A DNA stretch of 64,000 nucleotides from an uncultured Verrucomicrobiae bacterium (GTDB lineage: Bacteria; Verrucomicrobiota; Verrucomicrobiia; Chthoniobacterales; UBA10450). The notes below the pieces were generated by a model. That model was not told where the DNA came from. It did not search any database and saw only the letters and a list, made by a program, of their open reading frames with translations. Shown here in pieces: positions 30,201 to 40,912 of the stretch (its first letter is position 1; each line of letters begins with the position of its first letter). The stretch spans positions 192,001 through 256,000 of the forward strand of contig CAVYXA010000003.1 in the NCBI GenBank assembly GCA_963772365.1. The letters are read 5' to 3'. The translations under genes and the position numbers were made by a program.

Positions 30201-31188
30201 GGGGTGGCGTGAGTTGTTGCCATTGCCGAAAGATGTCGAACCTATTTCGCTAGGCGAAGGCGGGACGCCGCTGTTGCGTGCGCAAAGATTCGGAGAGGAT
30301 GTCGAAGTTTGGATCAAGGATGAATCGCTCAATCCGACCCAAAGCTTCAAAGCGCGCGGGATGAGCGTGGCTGTCTCGATGGCGAAATATCTCGGCGCAA
30401 AGAAACTGGCAGTGCCAAGCGCAGGAAATGCCGGTGGGGCATTCGCTGCTTATGCTGCGCGGGCTGGATTGGAAGCGCACATCTTCATGCCGCGTGATAC
30501 ACCGCGGGCGAACATCATTGAATGCCGCGAGCTAGGTGCGCATGTCGATCTTATCGATGGCTTCATCACCGATTGCGGCGCGGAAATCGCCAGGTACAAA
30601 GAAAAAGAAGGCTGGTTCGAAATGTCCACATTGAAAGAGCCTTATCGTGTGGAGGGAAAGAAAACGCTCGGCTATGAAATTGCCGAGCAGATGAACTGGC
30701 AATTGCCGGACGTGATTCTTTATCCCACCGGCGGCGGGACCGGCCTTATCGGGATGTGGAAAGCGTTCGGCGAAATGGAAAAGCTCGGCTGGATCAGCAG
30801 CAGGCGACCGCGCATGTTTGCCATCCAGGCGAGCGGTTGCGCGCCGATCGTTCGCGCGCTCGAAGCAGGCGAAAAATTTGCCGACGAATTTCCTGGTGCG
30901 CACACGATTGCCTCTGGTCTGCGTGTTCCAAAGGCGGTCGGTGATTTTCTTATTTTGCAGATCTTGCGCGACTCCGGCGGGGAAGCAATTGCGGTTGACG
31001 ATGAGGAGATGATTCGCGTCACGCGTGATGTGGGAGCACAGGAAGGGCTCTTTGTCGCTCCGGAGAGCGCAGCCTGTTTCGCCGCGTTTAAACGCCTTCG
31101 TAATTCCGGCAGGATCGACAGCGGCGAGCGCGTTGTGATTTTTAATACCGGTTCCGGAATCAAGTATCTCGACTGTTACACCCGTTGA
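30025..31188 (+). CDS. thrC: Threonine synthase family PLP enzyme (fold type II)
   Basis: N-terminal CxxC...Cxx[31 protein letters not shown] and PTGGGTG motifs. Confidence 0.85.
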   Translation: MFLSHLECTSCGLGHEWARLQNVCTACGKPLFAIYDLKAVRKLDGLKPSSFKEHEKGLWGWRELLPLPKDVEPISLGEGGTPLLRAQRFGEDVEVWIKDESLNPTQSFKARGMSVAVSMAKYLGAKKLAVPSAGNAGGAFAAYAARAGLEAHIFMPRDTPRANIIECRELGAHVDLIDGFITDCGAEIARYKEKEGWFEMSTLKEPYRVEGKKTLGYEIAEQMNWQLPDVILYPTGGGTGLIGMWKAFGEMEKLGWISSRRPRMFAIQASGCAPIVRALEAGEKFADEFPGAHTIASGLRVPKAVGDFLILQILRDSGGEAIAVDDEEMIRVTRDVGAQEGLFVAPESAACFAAFKRLRNSGRIDSGERVVIFNTGSGIKYLDCYTR

Positions 31189-31193
31189 TTTTA

Positions 31194-31862
31194 TCAGACG
31201 AACGTACTGATCAGATCGAGCTCTTTGCGGTGGATATCGGGAACTTTTGCGTTCGGCGCTGGATGGCCGACGACGAGGAGCAGAAAAGGTTTCTCGTAAG
31301 CAGGCCGATGCAGAATTCGATTTAGAAAAGCCATTGGGCTTGGCGTGTGTGTGAGTGAGACCAGTCCAGTTTCGTGAATTGCGGTGATCAAAAACCCGGT
31401 GGCGATCCCAACCGATTCAGCCGCGTAATAATGTTTCATTTTTCGGCCATCAGACAGGATTTTGTATGGCTGAGAGAAAATCGCGATTAGCCAGGGAGCG
31501 ATTTCCAGGAATGGCTTGTGCCAGTCGGTGCCAAGCGGCGCCAGAGCCTCCAGCCATTCTTTTGGCGCACGATGTTCGTAAAATTCGCATTCCTCCTTTT
31601 CGGCTTCGATGCGAATCTCGCGTTTCGTTGCGGCGTCGCTGATTGCGACGAAGTGCCAAGGCTGCAAATTCGCACCGCTTGGGGCGCTTCCCGCCACACG
31701 CAAACAATCCTGAATGATTTCTCGAGGAACGGGCCGATCCGAAAAATCGCGGACGGTTCGGCGCTTGATCATGAATTCCCGGAATTTTGCGGCTCTTTCG
31801 GCAAGATCGACATCGGAGAGCGGCGGGCCAGGGGGTAACGGAATGTATTTCGGAAACCCCAT
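31194..31862 (-). CDS. Nitroreductase superfamily, iodotyrosine deiodinase-like
   Basis: RRTVRDFS, APSGANLQPW, EEcEFY, LGTDWHKPFL and LTHTP motifs; ATG 31862 chosen as start. Confidence 0.85.
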   Translation of the reverse strand: MGFPKYIPLPPGPPLSDVDLAERAAKFREFMIKRRTVRDFSDRPVPREIIQDCLRVAGSAPSGANLQPWHFVAISDAATKREIRIEAEKEECEFYEHRAPKEWLEALAPLGTDWHKPFLEIAPWLIAIFSQPYKILSDGRKMKHYYAAESVGIATGFLITAIHETGLVSLTHTPSPMAFLNRILHRPAYEKPFLLLVVGHPAPNAKVPDIHRKELDLISTFV

Positions 31863-32004
31863 GTCCGTCAGTTTAACCGGTCGGGTGCGGATGCGGGAAG
31901 AAAAGAGCATTCTCTTTTGCTTTGCCAAATCTACGCGTGATGCATTAGAATTCCCGGCCAACCGCCAGACGTGCGGTCCCATTCAATAAATCGAAGCTTA
32001 AATT

Positions 32005-34053
32005 ATGAAAACCAATCTCCCGTCCAAACACAGCATTCTTCGGCGTAGCGTCTCTGTCCTCCTTTTTTCCGGTGCATTAGTGGCCGCGCTATGCGCCATC
32101 ATGACCACGCGAGCTGTCAATTCTGGGCGTGGTCAGGACCAGGCCGCTCTGGCCAAGATCGCTCCCTGGGTGCTTGATCACACTGCCAATGGCCAGACAG
32201 CGGAGTATCTGGTGGTGCTGGCGGATCAGGCCGACTTCAGCGCAGCGTACTCGATGTCGACCAAGCTCGAGAAAGGCCGTTATGTTCGTGACGTTCTCTG
32301 GAACAAGGCACAATCCACGCAGGGTCCGATCATCGGGCTACTAAACCAACGCGGTGTCCAATATCGCTCGTTTTACATCGTCAACATGCTCTGGGTGAAA
32401 GGCGATTTTAACCTGGCTATGGAATTGGCTGCACGGCCTGACGTTGCCCGGATCGAAGGCAATCCAGTGATTCATAATAATCTGCCGAATCCGACTCGGG
32501 TTGAGAACGTGAGTCAACAACCGCAAACGCCAAATACGGTTGAGACCGGCGTCAACTACGTAATGGCTCCGCAGGTTTGGGCCCTCGGGGACACGGGCCA
32601 GGGCGTGGTGATTGCTGGTGCCGATACCGGAATTCGTTGGACGCACAATGCGATTAAACCTCACTATCGCGGCTGGGACGGGGTGACTGCGAATCATGAT
32701 TACAACTGGCATGACAGCATTCATGACAGTGTTGGTAATCCGTGCGGGAACGACTCCCCTGTGCCTTGTGACGACCTTGGCCATGGCACACACACGATCG
32801 GTACTGCGATCGGCGACGATGGCGCGGGAAATCAGATCGGCGTTGCACCCGGCGCAAAATGGATTGGCTGCCGAAACATGAACTCAAACGATGGCACACC
32901 AGCGCGCTATTCGGAATGCTTTGAATTCTGGCTTGCGCCCTATCCTGTCGGCGGCACACCGGCTCAAGGAGACCCGAGTCGTGCTCCGGACATAACGACG
33001 AACTCGTGGGAATGCCCCGCTTCAGAAGGTTGTTCGGCCCCTACTCTTTTGGCAGGCGTTCAAGCCCAGCTCGCCGCTGGCATTAACATGGTAGTGGCCG
33101 CCCAAAACAGTGGCCCGAGTTGCTCCACAGTTGCGAATCCGCCCGGCATCTATGGCGAGTGTTATTCGGTAGGGGCACTCAACACAGGTACAGATAACCT
33201 GGCTTCGTTTAGCAGCCGAGGTCCGGTCACGGCTGATGGCAGCAACCGAATCAAACCAGACATCGCCGCGCCCGGGACTGGGACGCGATCGGCTTACAAT
33301 ACCAGCGACACAGCCTACGCAAACCTGAGCGGAACCTCAATGGCGACACCGCACACCGCCGGTGTGACCGCGTTGCTTCTCTCGGCGCGTCCGGCTTACC
33401 GACAGAACCCGCTGGCCCAGCGCACGGTATTGAACAACTCAGCTGTCCATATTAACTCGAGCGACTGCAGCAGCAATGGAACTTACCCGAACAATCTTTT
33501 TGGCTACGGCCGCATCAACGCTCTGGCCGCTTACAATTATGTCGGGCTCGTAAGCGGCGTCTCGCGTAAGACGCACGGTGCGGCGGGTACCTTCGACATC
33601 CCGTTAGTGTTCGGCGGTGATCCATCGGTTGAATGCCGTTCCAGCGGAGGCAATCACACGTTTGTATTCACGTTTAACAACGCTCTGATGAGTGGAAGCG
33701 CGACAGTTACGGCCGGTGTGGGCACAGTGTCGGGCAGCCCGGTGATTTCGGGAAACACGATGACGGTGGATCTGACAGGCGTAGCGGACGTGCAGCGACT
33801 GACTCTAACGTTGCAAAATGTCACCGACACAAGCTCACAGGTAATGCCGGACACAGCAGTCACGGTGAAGTTTTTGGTTGCCGACACCAGCAACAACGGA
33901 GTGGTCAACGCCTCGGATATTGCGCAGACAAAGGGGCAGGTTGGCTTAGCGGTTACCAGCATGAACTTCCGTCAGGATGTCAATGTAAGTGGCACGTTGA
34001 CCTCGGCTGATGTGACCATCGTGAAGGCTAATAACGGCCACAGCGTCCCTTAA
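32005..34053 (+). CDS. Secreted S8 (subtilisin/bacillopeptidase F-like) serine protease with Ig-like + dockerin-like module
   Basis: Catalytic triad motifs ADTG, HGTHT and SGTSMATPH; C-terminal SGVSRKTHGAAGTFD...ECRS and two Ca-loop-like motifs. Confidence 0.92.
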   Translation: MKTNLPSKHSILRRSVSVLLFSGALVAALCAIMTTRAVNSGRGQDQAALAKIAPWVLDHTANGQTAEYLVVLADQADFSAAYSMSTKLEKGRYVRDVLWNKAQSTQGPIIGLLNQRGVQYRSFYIVNMLWVKGDFNLAMELAARPDVARIEGNPVIHNNLPNPTRVENVSQQPQTPNTVETGVNYVMAPQVWALGDTGQGVVIAGADTGIRWTHNAIKPHYRGWDGVTANHDYNWHDSIHDSVGNPCGNDSPVPCDDLGHGTHTIGTAIGDDGAGNQIGVAPGAKWIGCRNMNSNDGTPARYSECFEFWLAPYPVGGTPAQGDPSRAPDITTNSWECPASEGCSAPTLLAGVQAQLAAGINMVVAAQNSGPSCSTVANPPGIYGECYSVGALNTGTDNLASFSSRGPVTADGSNRIKPDIAAPGTGTRSAYNTSDTAYANLSGTSMATPHTAGVTALLLSARPAYRQNPLAQRTVLNNSAVHINSSDCSSNGTYPNNLFGYGRINALAAYNYVGLVSGVSRKTHGAAGTFDIPLVFGGDPSVECRSSGGNHTFVFTFNNALMSGSATVTAGVGTVSGSPVISGNTMTVDLTGVADVQRLTLTLQNVTDTSSQVMPDTAVTVKFLVADTSNNGVVNASDIAQTKGQVGLAVTSMNFRQDVNVSGTLTSADVTIVKANNGHSVP

Positions 34054-34113
34054 TCGGCCCGAACCCGCCAAGAACCATGTCTCAGACAATTCAACAAAAC
34101 GAAACCTCATACA

Positions 34114-36159
34114 ATGAATAGAAATCTCATATCCAAAAAAGGCGTGCTACGACGCGCATTCTCGATCCTTCTTTTCACCAGCGCATTGGTGGTCGCACTA
34201 TGCGCCATCATGACCACGCGAGCTGTCAATTCCAGGCGTGGTCAGGACCAGGCCGCTCTGAGCAAGATCGCTCCCTGGGTGCTTGATCACACTGCCAATG
34301 GCCAGACAGCGGAGTATCTGGTGGTGCTGGCGGATCAGGCCGACTTCAGCGCAGCGTACTCGATGTCGACCAAGCTCGAGAAAGGCCGCTATGTTCGTGA
34401 CGTCCTTTGGAACAAGGCGCGATCCACCCAAGGACCGATCATCGGGCTACTAAACCAACGCGGCGTCCAATATCGCTCGTTTTACATCGTCAACATGCTC
34501 TGGGTGAAAGGCGATTTTAACCTGGCTATGGAATTGGCTGCCCGGCCTGACGTTGCCCGGATCGAAGGCAATCCAGTGATTCATAATAACCTGCCGGTTG
34601 CATTGCCGGCGTCGATCACGGCACAACCGGAAGCGCCATCCACAGTCGAGCCCGGTGTCAATTACGTAATGGCTCCGCAGGTCTGGGCATTAGGTTACAC
34701 GGGACAAGGGGTTGTGATTGGTGGCGCGGACACGGGTGTTCGCTGGACGCACAACGCCATTAAACCTCACTATCGCGGCTGGGACGGGGTGACTGCCAAT
34801 CACGATTACAATTGGCATGACAGCATTCATGACAGCGTCGGGAATCCGTGCGGGAACGATTCGCCGGCACCCTGCGACGACTTTTTCCACGGCACCCACA
34901 CGATCGGTACTGCTATCGGTGACGATGGCGGTACAAACCAGATCGGCGTTGCACCCGGTGCGAAATGGATTGGCTGCCGAAACATGGACGCAGGGAATGG
35001 CACGCCGGCGCGTTACAGCGAGTGCTTCGAGTTTTGGCTTGCGCCGTATCCCGTAGGCGGGACGCCAGCACAAGGTGATCCCAGCCTCGCTCCGGATATT
35101 ACAACGAACTCATGGAGCTGCCCAACGTCGGAAGGTTGTTCGGCTGGCACACTCCTGCTGGGCGTTCAAGCCCAACTGGCAGCTGGCATTAACACGGTCG
35201 TCGCCGCCCAAAATAGCGGACCAAACTGTTCGACAATCACGGATCCACCGGGAATCTACGCGGAGTGCTATTCCGTAGGCGCGCTGACAACGGGTACGGA
35301 CACTCTCGCGTCCTTCAGCAGTCGTGGCCCAATCACTGTCGATGGAAGTAATCGTCTTAAGCCGGACATTAGTGCTCCTGGCACGAGCACACGCTCCGCG
35401 ACGAACACCAGTGATACCGCCTATACTACAGCGAGCGGCACATCTATGGCGACACCGCACACCGCCGGTGTAACTGCCCTGCTCCTCTCGGCACGTCCGG
35501 CTTACCGACAGAACCCGCTGGCCCAGCGCACGGTCCTGAACAACTCGGCTGTCCATATTAACTCGAGCTTATGCAGCAGCAACGGAACTTATCCGAACAA
35601 TTTGTTTGGCTACGGACGGGTTAACGCTCTGGCCGCTTACAATTACGTCGGACTCGTGAGCGGTGTCTCGCGTAAGACACACGGGGCGGCGGGTACCTTC
35701 GACATCCCATTGGTGCTCGGCGGTGATCCATCGGTTGAATGCCGTTCCAGCGGAGGCAATCACACGTTTGTATTCACGTTTAACAACGCTCTGATGAGTG
35801 GAAGCGCGACAGTTACGGCCGGTGTGGGCACAGTGTCGGGCAGCCCGGTGATTTCGGGAAACACGATGACGGTGGATCTGACAGGCGTAGCGGACGTGCA
35901 GCGACTGACTCTAACGTTGCAAAATGTCACCGACACAAGCTCACAGGTAATGCCGGACACAGCAGTCACGGTGAAGTTTTTGGTTGCCGACACCAGCAAC
36001 AACGGTGTGGTCAACGCCTCGGACATTGCGCAGACAAAGGGGCAGGTTGGCTCACTGGTCACAAGCGCGAACTTCCGTCAGGATGTCAATGTAAGCGGCA
36101 CGTTGACCTCGGCTGATGTGACAATTGTGAAGGCTAATAACGGCCACAGCGTCCCTTAA
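34114..36159 (+). CDS. Tandem paralogue S8 protease with Ig-like + dockerin-like module
   Basis: Same triad and architecture as 32005..34053, with long identical DNA tracts. Confidence 0.92.
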   Translation: MNRNLISKKGVLRRAFSILLFTSALVVALCAIMTTRAVNSRRGQDQAALSKIAPWVLDHTANGQTAEYLVVLADQADFSAAYSMSTKLEKGRYVRDVLWNKARSTQGPIIGLLNQRGVQYRSFYIVNMLWVKGDFNLAMELAARPDVARIEGNPVIHNNLPVALPASITAQPEAPSTVEPGVNYVMAPQVWALGYTGQGVVIGGADTGVRWTHNAIKPHYRGWDGVTANHDYNWHDSIHDSVGNPCGNDSPAPCDDFFHGTHTIGTAIGDDGGTNQIGVAPGAKWIGCRNMDAGNGTPARYSECFEFWLAPYPVGGTPAQGDPSLAPDITTNSWSCPTSEGCSAGTLLLGVQAQLAAGINTVVAAQNSGPNCSTITDPPGIYAECYSVGALTTGTDTLASFSSRGPITVDGSNRLKPDISAPGTSTRSATNTSDTAYTTASGTSMATPHTAGVTALLLSARPAYRQNPLAQRTVLNNSAVHINSSLCSSNGTYPNNLFGYGRVNALAAYNYVGLVSGVSRKTHGAAGTFDIPLVLGGDPSVECRSSGGNHTFVFTFNNALMSGSATVTAGVGTVSGSPVISGNTMTVDLTGVADVQRLTLTLQNVTDTSSQVMPDTAVTVKFLVADTSNNGVVNASDIAQTKGQVGSLVTSANFRQDVNVSGTLTSADVTIVKANNGHSVP

Positions 36160-36181
36160 CGGGTTGGGTTGAAATATAATT

Positions 36182-36688
36182 TCAGGTGACGTTTGATTGC
36201 GGTTGCCGGGCAACGGTGACTCCTGGCGATAATCCGGGCGTGTTGAGATCGATCGTCTCACCGCCCTCGGTCTTGACCACTAATGTCGTATATTGCCATT
36301 CACCGGCCGCTTTCACCGCCACGACGTAAATCGTCCCCTTTGCTTTGCTGCCGGAGATCGGAATCGCGAGATTCGCCTGACCGGTGCCGCCACTGACATT
36401 GGTGCTGCCTGAGACAAATAGGCTTGCTCGAATGTCTGATCCAATGGCAAGTCGCACCCGCTCATCTGCTTTCGCGCGGGCAAGAGCTGTCTTATAAACA
36501 TCCGAAGATTTCATCGCGCCAAAAACGAGAAACACCATGCCCGTAACGAAAAGAAGAAAGAGAACGACCAGCGTCAGGCAACCGGTAGGCACGAACCATT
36601 TCCAGTTTCGCTGCCACCAATTGCGATTTCGCGATTGAGTCGAGAGCGGCGGGGATGATGACGGAATCGGCGGAGGTGTGGTGTCCAT
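36182..36688 (-). CDS. Coa1-family (cytochrome c oxidase assembly factor 1-like) membrane protein
   Basis: WWQRNWKWFVP, TM segment, MKSSDVYKTAL, ANLAIPISG and GEW motifs. Confidence 0.75.
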   Translation of the reverse strand: MDTTPPPIPSSSPPLSTQSRNRNWWQRNWKWFVPTGCLTLVVLFLLFVTGMVFLVFGAMKSSDVYKTALARAKADERVRLAIGSDIRASLFVSGSTNVSGGTGQANLAIPISGSKAKGTIYVVAVKAAGEWQYTTLVVKTEGGETIDLNTPGLSPGVTVARQPQSNVT

Positions 36689-36730
36689 TGCGATTTTTGT
36701 CTATCTGAAACGAGCAGAAGTCGAGCCGAT

Positions 36731-37644
36731 TTAACTCTGTTGTTCTCTGGGTGACAAAACTGTGAGCGCAGCCGGCTCACCACGATTTTGATTTTGATTT
36801 GCCCTTTCTGCATTTCCCTCTTCTTCGGCCATGGTTCGTCATCGAAGTGGATTATCGGTTTATCCCAAATCAATTTCAGCTTTCGGAATTTTTGAATCGA
36901 CAAGGGAAAGCTGGTCTTTCTTCCCGCTAACCGCGCATCAAGATATTTCATCAGAGTTGCGCGATCATCTTTGCGGACGAGGACCAAATCGAATCGTCCG
37001 TCTTTGATTCTGGCCCGAGGTGCGAGATAAAGCGCAGGTCCGATCGAACGAATGTTCATTGCTTCCCAGAGAATATAGCGATCTGAAAAATCCTGACCGT
37101 CAATATCGATCTTCCAGTGTTGAGCCTCATAATCGCGCAACATCTCGCGCATGAGTGATACGTGGCGCTTCATTTGCTGTTGCTTCGATAACTCTTCCGC
37201 CTTCTGGCCTTTTCCCTTGGTTGCCCGGACATGCTCTGCCAGCAAACCGCCGTCGGCGCTTTCGAAAAAGTATCGTTTTCCCCAAGGACCTTTGGCCACG
37301 CCGATATCGAATGTGCGCTTTCTGCCGCGCCTCAATTCAGCGATGATCTTTTTTGGCGGGTTCGCGAACCCCAGACTGCGGGCCAGATTGTTTGCTGTGC
37401 CCAGCGGAAGAACGCTGAAGGGAATGCCAGTGCCAATGAGACGAGAGGCCACTTTCGCGATTGTTCCGTCACCGCCTGCGGCGACGACCAGATCGGTTTT
37501 TTTTCCCAGCGCCTCGTGGTAACCGCGCTTCTTCGTGGATTGATATCGTACGTCATGTCCGGCAGCAATTAGGTCCGCCAAGAGCTCCCGCTTGTCGTGG
37601 TTCCCGCGACCGGCTTTGGGATTATGCATTAACGTGATTTTCAC
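36731..37644 (-). CDS. Diacylglycerol kinase family lipid kinase (apparent frameshift ~36778)
   Basis: HNPKAG, AAGGDGT, LPLGTANNLA and DGRFD motifs. A shift near 36778 gives a family-typical end PAALTVLSP...* and removes the overlap with the Coa1 gene. Confidence 0.85.
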
Positions 37645-37706
37645 ATGCTTTCTCCGCAGAGAATTCGGCCAAAATCACTCCGACGCGCGTTTCTTACTAA
37701 GTGAAG

Positions 37707-38508
37707 ATGCGAATTCTGATTTCGAATGACGATGGAATTTACAGCCCGGGCATTCTAGCTTTGGCCAAAGTCGCCTGCCGGTTCGGCGACGTTCGCATCG
37801 TCGCGCCAGACGTCGAACAATCATCCATGGGCCACGCTATCACGGCGTCGCGTCCTTTGCGGTATCAGCGCATCCGGCTCGGGGGTTTTGAAGCGTTTCG
37901 GGTTAACGGAACACCGGCTGATTGCGTCGCGCTGGGGACGCATCATTGGGAACACATCGATCTTGTTCTTTCCGGAATAAATCTTGGTTTGAATCTCGGC
38001 AATTCCTGCTGGCATTCCGGGACATTGGTGGCGGCCAAGCAAGCTGCATTGCTCGGATTGCGCGGCATCGCCATTAGCACTTCTATGAGCGAAAGGAAAG
38101 AACCCGATTTTGACAAACTCGAACCGTACGTTCGCAAGGTCCATGACCTTGTTGATTGAGGAGAAAAAGATGTGCTTGATCAACGTGAACCTGCCTGAAA
38201 AACCGCGCGGCATTCGTTGGACGCGGCAATCAGTGAGGCAGTACGATGGCACAGTCGTGCCCGCGAAAGATCCGATGAATCGTCCGATCTTCTGGTTCAC
38301 CATCCGACCGCTCACCGGAGCGGAAAAAGGAACCGATCGTTGGGCCGTCGAGCACAATTGGGTTTCGATTACTCCGCTTCGGCTCGACCTCACCGCCGAA
38401 AACGATTTGGCTCGGGCTCTTGCTCTTCCTGAGACTTTGCCGTTGAGCGCGCCGAAAGCGCGCGGACGGCGAATGCGCAAACGAAAAAAGAAAAGCAAAT
38501 CCAAATAA
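37707..38508 (+). CDS. surE: 5'/3'-nucleotidase SurE (apparent +1 frameshift ~38142)
   Basis: ILISNDDG, NGTPADCV, SGINLG and SGT in the first frame; INVNLP...GTD...VSITPL in the second. Confidence 0.92.
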
Positions 38509-38568
38509 ACAGACTGGCTTGGGCCAATTGGAAAAATTCGCGGAATTCTTTACTCTCATTGAACTTGC

Positions 38569-39300
38569 ATGATCTCGTTTGTGGTTCCGGCTTACAATGA
38601 AGAGGCCGAGTTACCATCGACAATCGCCGCTATCCGACTCGCAGCGGACTCAGGCGCGAAACAGCCGTATGAAATTATCGTAGTGAATGATGGTTCGACT
38701 GATGCGACGGCGGATGTAGCTGTTCATGCCGGTGCAAGAGTCATCTCGATTCATCGCCGCCAAATTGCCGCCGCCCGGAATGCCGGGGCGCGAGCCACGC
38801 ATGGTTCAGGTACCTTCTTTGTCGATGCTGATACCCGAATTAGCCGTGTTCACGTAGCCGAAGCCCTCGCTGCTCTCAACGCTGGTTGTGCGGGTGGCAG
38901 CGCCCGCGTTCAACCCGATGGATTTGTTCCCGCGTGGGGCCGCATTTTCGTTCAAACATTTGGCAGCATCTATTTCGGACTAAACTTCGGTGCGGGCGCG
39001 TTTCTTTTTACTACCCGGCGCAATTTCGATGCAATCAGCGGATTCGACGAACAATATTTTATCGGCGAAGAAGTATATTTCAGTCTGGCGCTACGAAAAC
39101 GGGGCCGCTTTAAAATTCTACAGGAACCGGTTCTGACATCGGGCCGGAAATTACGGATGTACTCTGCTGGAAAGATTCTAACACGATCTTTTTCGATAAT
39201 CGTGCGCGGTCCGCGAGGCGCTCGCTCACGAGATCGTCTCGATCTTTGGTACAGCGGGAAACGCGAGAATTCTATGTCGGCAGTTTCGACTCAAGGATGA
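38569..39300 (+). CDS. Glycosyltransferase family 2
   Basis: VVPAYNEE, VNDGSTD, ARNAGA, FVDADT and TSGRK motifs. Confidence 0.9.
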   Translation: MISFVVPAYNEEAELPSTIAAIRLAADSGAKQPYEIIVVNDGSTDATADVAVHAGARVISIHRRQIAAARNAGARATHGSGTFFVDADTRISRVHVAEALAALNAGCAGGSARVQPDGFVPAWGRIFVQTFGSIYFGLNFGAGAFLFTTRRNFDAISGFDEQYFIGEEVYFSLALRKRGRFKILQEPVLTSGRKLRMYSAGKILTRSFSIIVRGPRGARSRDRLDLWYSGKRENSMSAVSTQG

Positions 39301-40348
39301 GCGGCTCGTCTTTTTCAGCGTGACCCTCGTCGCCGGCTGCCTTGCCGTTGCTGACCAAGTCAAAAAGCCCTGCATTCACCATTTCCTCGACGACGCGATA
39401 AATCTTTAGACTGCAAACACCGCAGCGCTGGCAAAGTTTTCCCAGTGACACCGGCTTACTGTAAGCGATCTGCCAGATGGTTTCGGCGAGGGGTCGAAGA
39501 TGATCGTGATCGGTCACGAGCCACGCAAAATTCAGCTGTTTGCGCTTGAGAGTAAGCGAGGGATCAGTCATCCGTTTGCACAGATCCTCAAATTCGTCGC
39601 GCATGTGGACGGCTTGGAGAAGCAGTTCATCGGCGCTGTGATGGATCGCGCTCTTCTCGGTCCACTCAGCGCTGGCAGTCGCTTTTTCTGAGAATGAAAA
39701 ACTCCAACCCTGGTGCGCCTCAATGAACAGTTGCCAGAATGCCTCTTCCCCGTCGAGTTGCCGGAAGCGGCCCCAGCGCGGGACACCTTTGTCGAAGGCA
39801 AATTCGCAGAGGGTGACGCCGTGTTCGTCAGCTATGATCAGGAGACCGCTTTGCATTGATCGCACAATCGTCTGGTAAATCGTGACGAGATCAAAGTTAG
39901 CGAGGCTGCCCATCAGCTCGCGCGGTCCATTTTGCGATCGACCGATTTCGCGAGCTTGAAATAACTGACGAGCGAGCTTTTGACTTAGAAAAAGGAAAAA
40001 AGAGGGAACCAACTTGAGAAGCTCGGGAAAATTCGCGCCCCGGAAACACTGCAGACTCAATGGCGCGCGGGCATGCGCTGTCCCGGCGCGCGGGAGCTCA
40101 AGAAATGCGCCGGTCTCCCCAAAGATATCGCCTCGTGAGAGCATGGTCGTCATCATCCCGGGGTACGGAGGGTCGGGAGTGATTTCGACTATTCCCCGAT
40201 TAACAATGTAAAGTTCCTCTCCAACATCTCCCGCTGAATAGACCAAGTCTCCCTGCGAAAAATGTTTCACCTCCGAAAATTTGCTGATGACCCGCAATTC
40301 CGACAGTTGCAGCGAGCTACAAAAGGTGAAAAAATCCTTTTCCGTCAT
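39272..40348 (-). CDS. Cyclic nucleotide-binding domain + DUF4388-like domain protein
   Basis: GDIFGE...RAGTA cNMP pocket; [15 protein letters not shown]...SGLL; AAGGGGG SD-like motif before ATG 40348. Confidence 0.78.
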   Translation of the reverse strand: MTEKDFFTFCSSLQLSELRVISKFSEVKHFSQGDLVYSAGDVGEELYIVNRGIVEITPDPPYPGMMTTMLSRGDIFGETGAFLELPRAGTAHARAPLSLQCFRGANFPELLKLVPSFFLFLSQKLARQLFQAREIGRSQNGPRELMGSLANFDLVTIYQTIVRSMQSGLLIIADEHGVTLCEFAFDKGVPRWGRFRQLDGEEAFWQLFIEAHQGWSFSFSEKATASAEWTEKSAIHHSADELLLQAVHMRDEFEDLCKRMTDPSLTLKRKQLNFAWLVTDHDHLRPLAETIWQIAYSKPVSLGKLCQRCGVCSLKIYRVVEEMVNAGLFDLVSNGKAAGDEGHAEKDEPLILESKLPT

Positions 40349-40451
40349 CCCCCTTTCGAATAGCAAGAGTTGTGCGGGAAACGGTGATCTTCGCAGCAGG
40401 ATCGACAACACTTGCGAATCAGCATTATTCATCTACAATAGGCCCTTCGAA

Positions 40452-40715
40452 ATGGCAGAGAACACGGAAACGTTGAGTCTCAAGGAATTCCAGCTGCACG
40501 ATAAAGACACCGGCAGCGCAGATGTGCAGGTCGCGCTTTTAACGCGCCGGATCGAGCATCTCACGGAGCACCTTAAGACTAACCGCAAAGATCATTCGTC
40601 GCGGCGCGGCCTGTTAAAGATGGTCGCGCACCGCCGCAGTTTGCTCGATTATTTGAGCAAAACGCAGGCTGATCGGTACAAAAAGCTGATCGACCAGTTG
40701 AATCTGCGGAAGTAA
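40452..40715 (+). CDS. rpsO: 30S ribosomal protein S15
   Basis: [13 protein letters not shown]...[19 protein letters not shown]. Confidence 0.97.
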   Translation: MAENTETLSLKEFQLHDKDTGSADVQVALLTRRIEHLTEHLKTNRKDHSSRRGLLKMVAHRRSLLDYLSKTQADRYKKLIDQLNLRK

Positions 40716-40772
40716 ACGTAGCGATTTTTCGGCAGGCGATTCCGAGCTCAGAAGCCAGAGAACAATAACAGC

Positions 40773-40894
40773 AGTCCAGGTCGTAGTAATCACCTTGGAT
40801 TTTAGGTTTTAGTTTCGACGGAGCGACGCTCGTGGCAGCGAGCGATTCCTCGTGCGGGTTTAAAACCTATAGTCGAGGTGACCGGCCTGGAACT
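40773..40894 (+). promoter_or_regulatory. Long stem-loop in the pnp leader (putative RNase III processing / autoregulation element)
   Basis: Nested complementary blocks CCAGGTCG/CGGCCTGG, TCACCT/AGGTGA, TAGGTTTTA/TAAAACCTA and CGCTCG/CGAGCG. Confidence 0.7.
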
Positions 40895-40912
40895 CACATC
40901 CAGGAAGGTAAA

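Noticed and set aside
36574..36730. Long overlap between the DAG kinase and Coa1-family genes
   Set aside because: It disappears once the one-base shift near 36778 is corrected.
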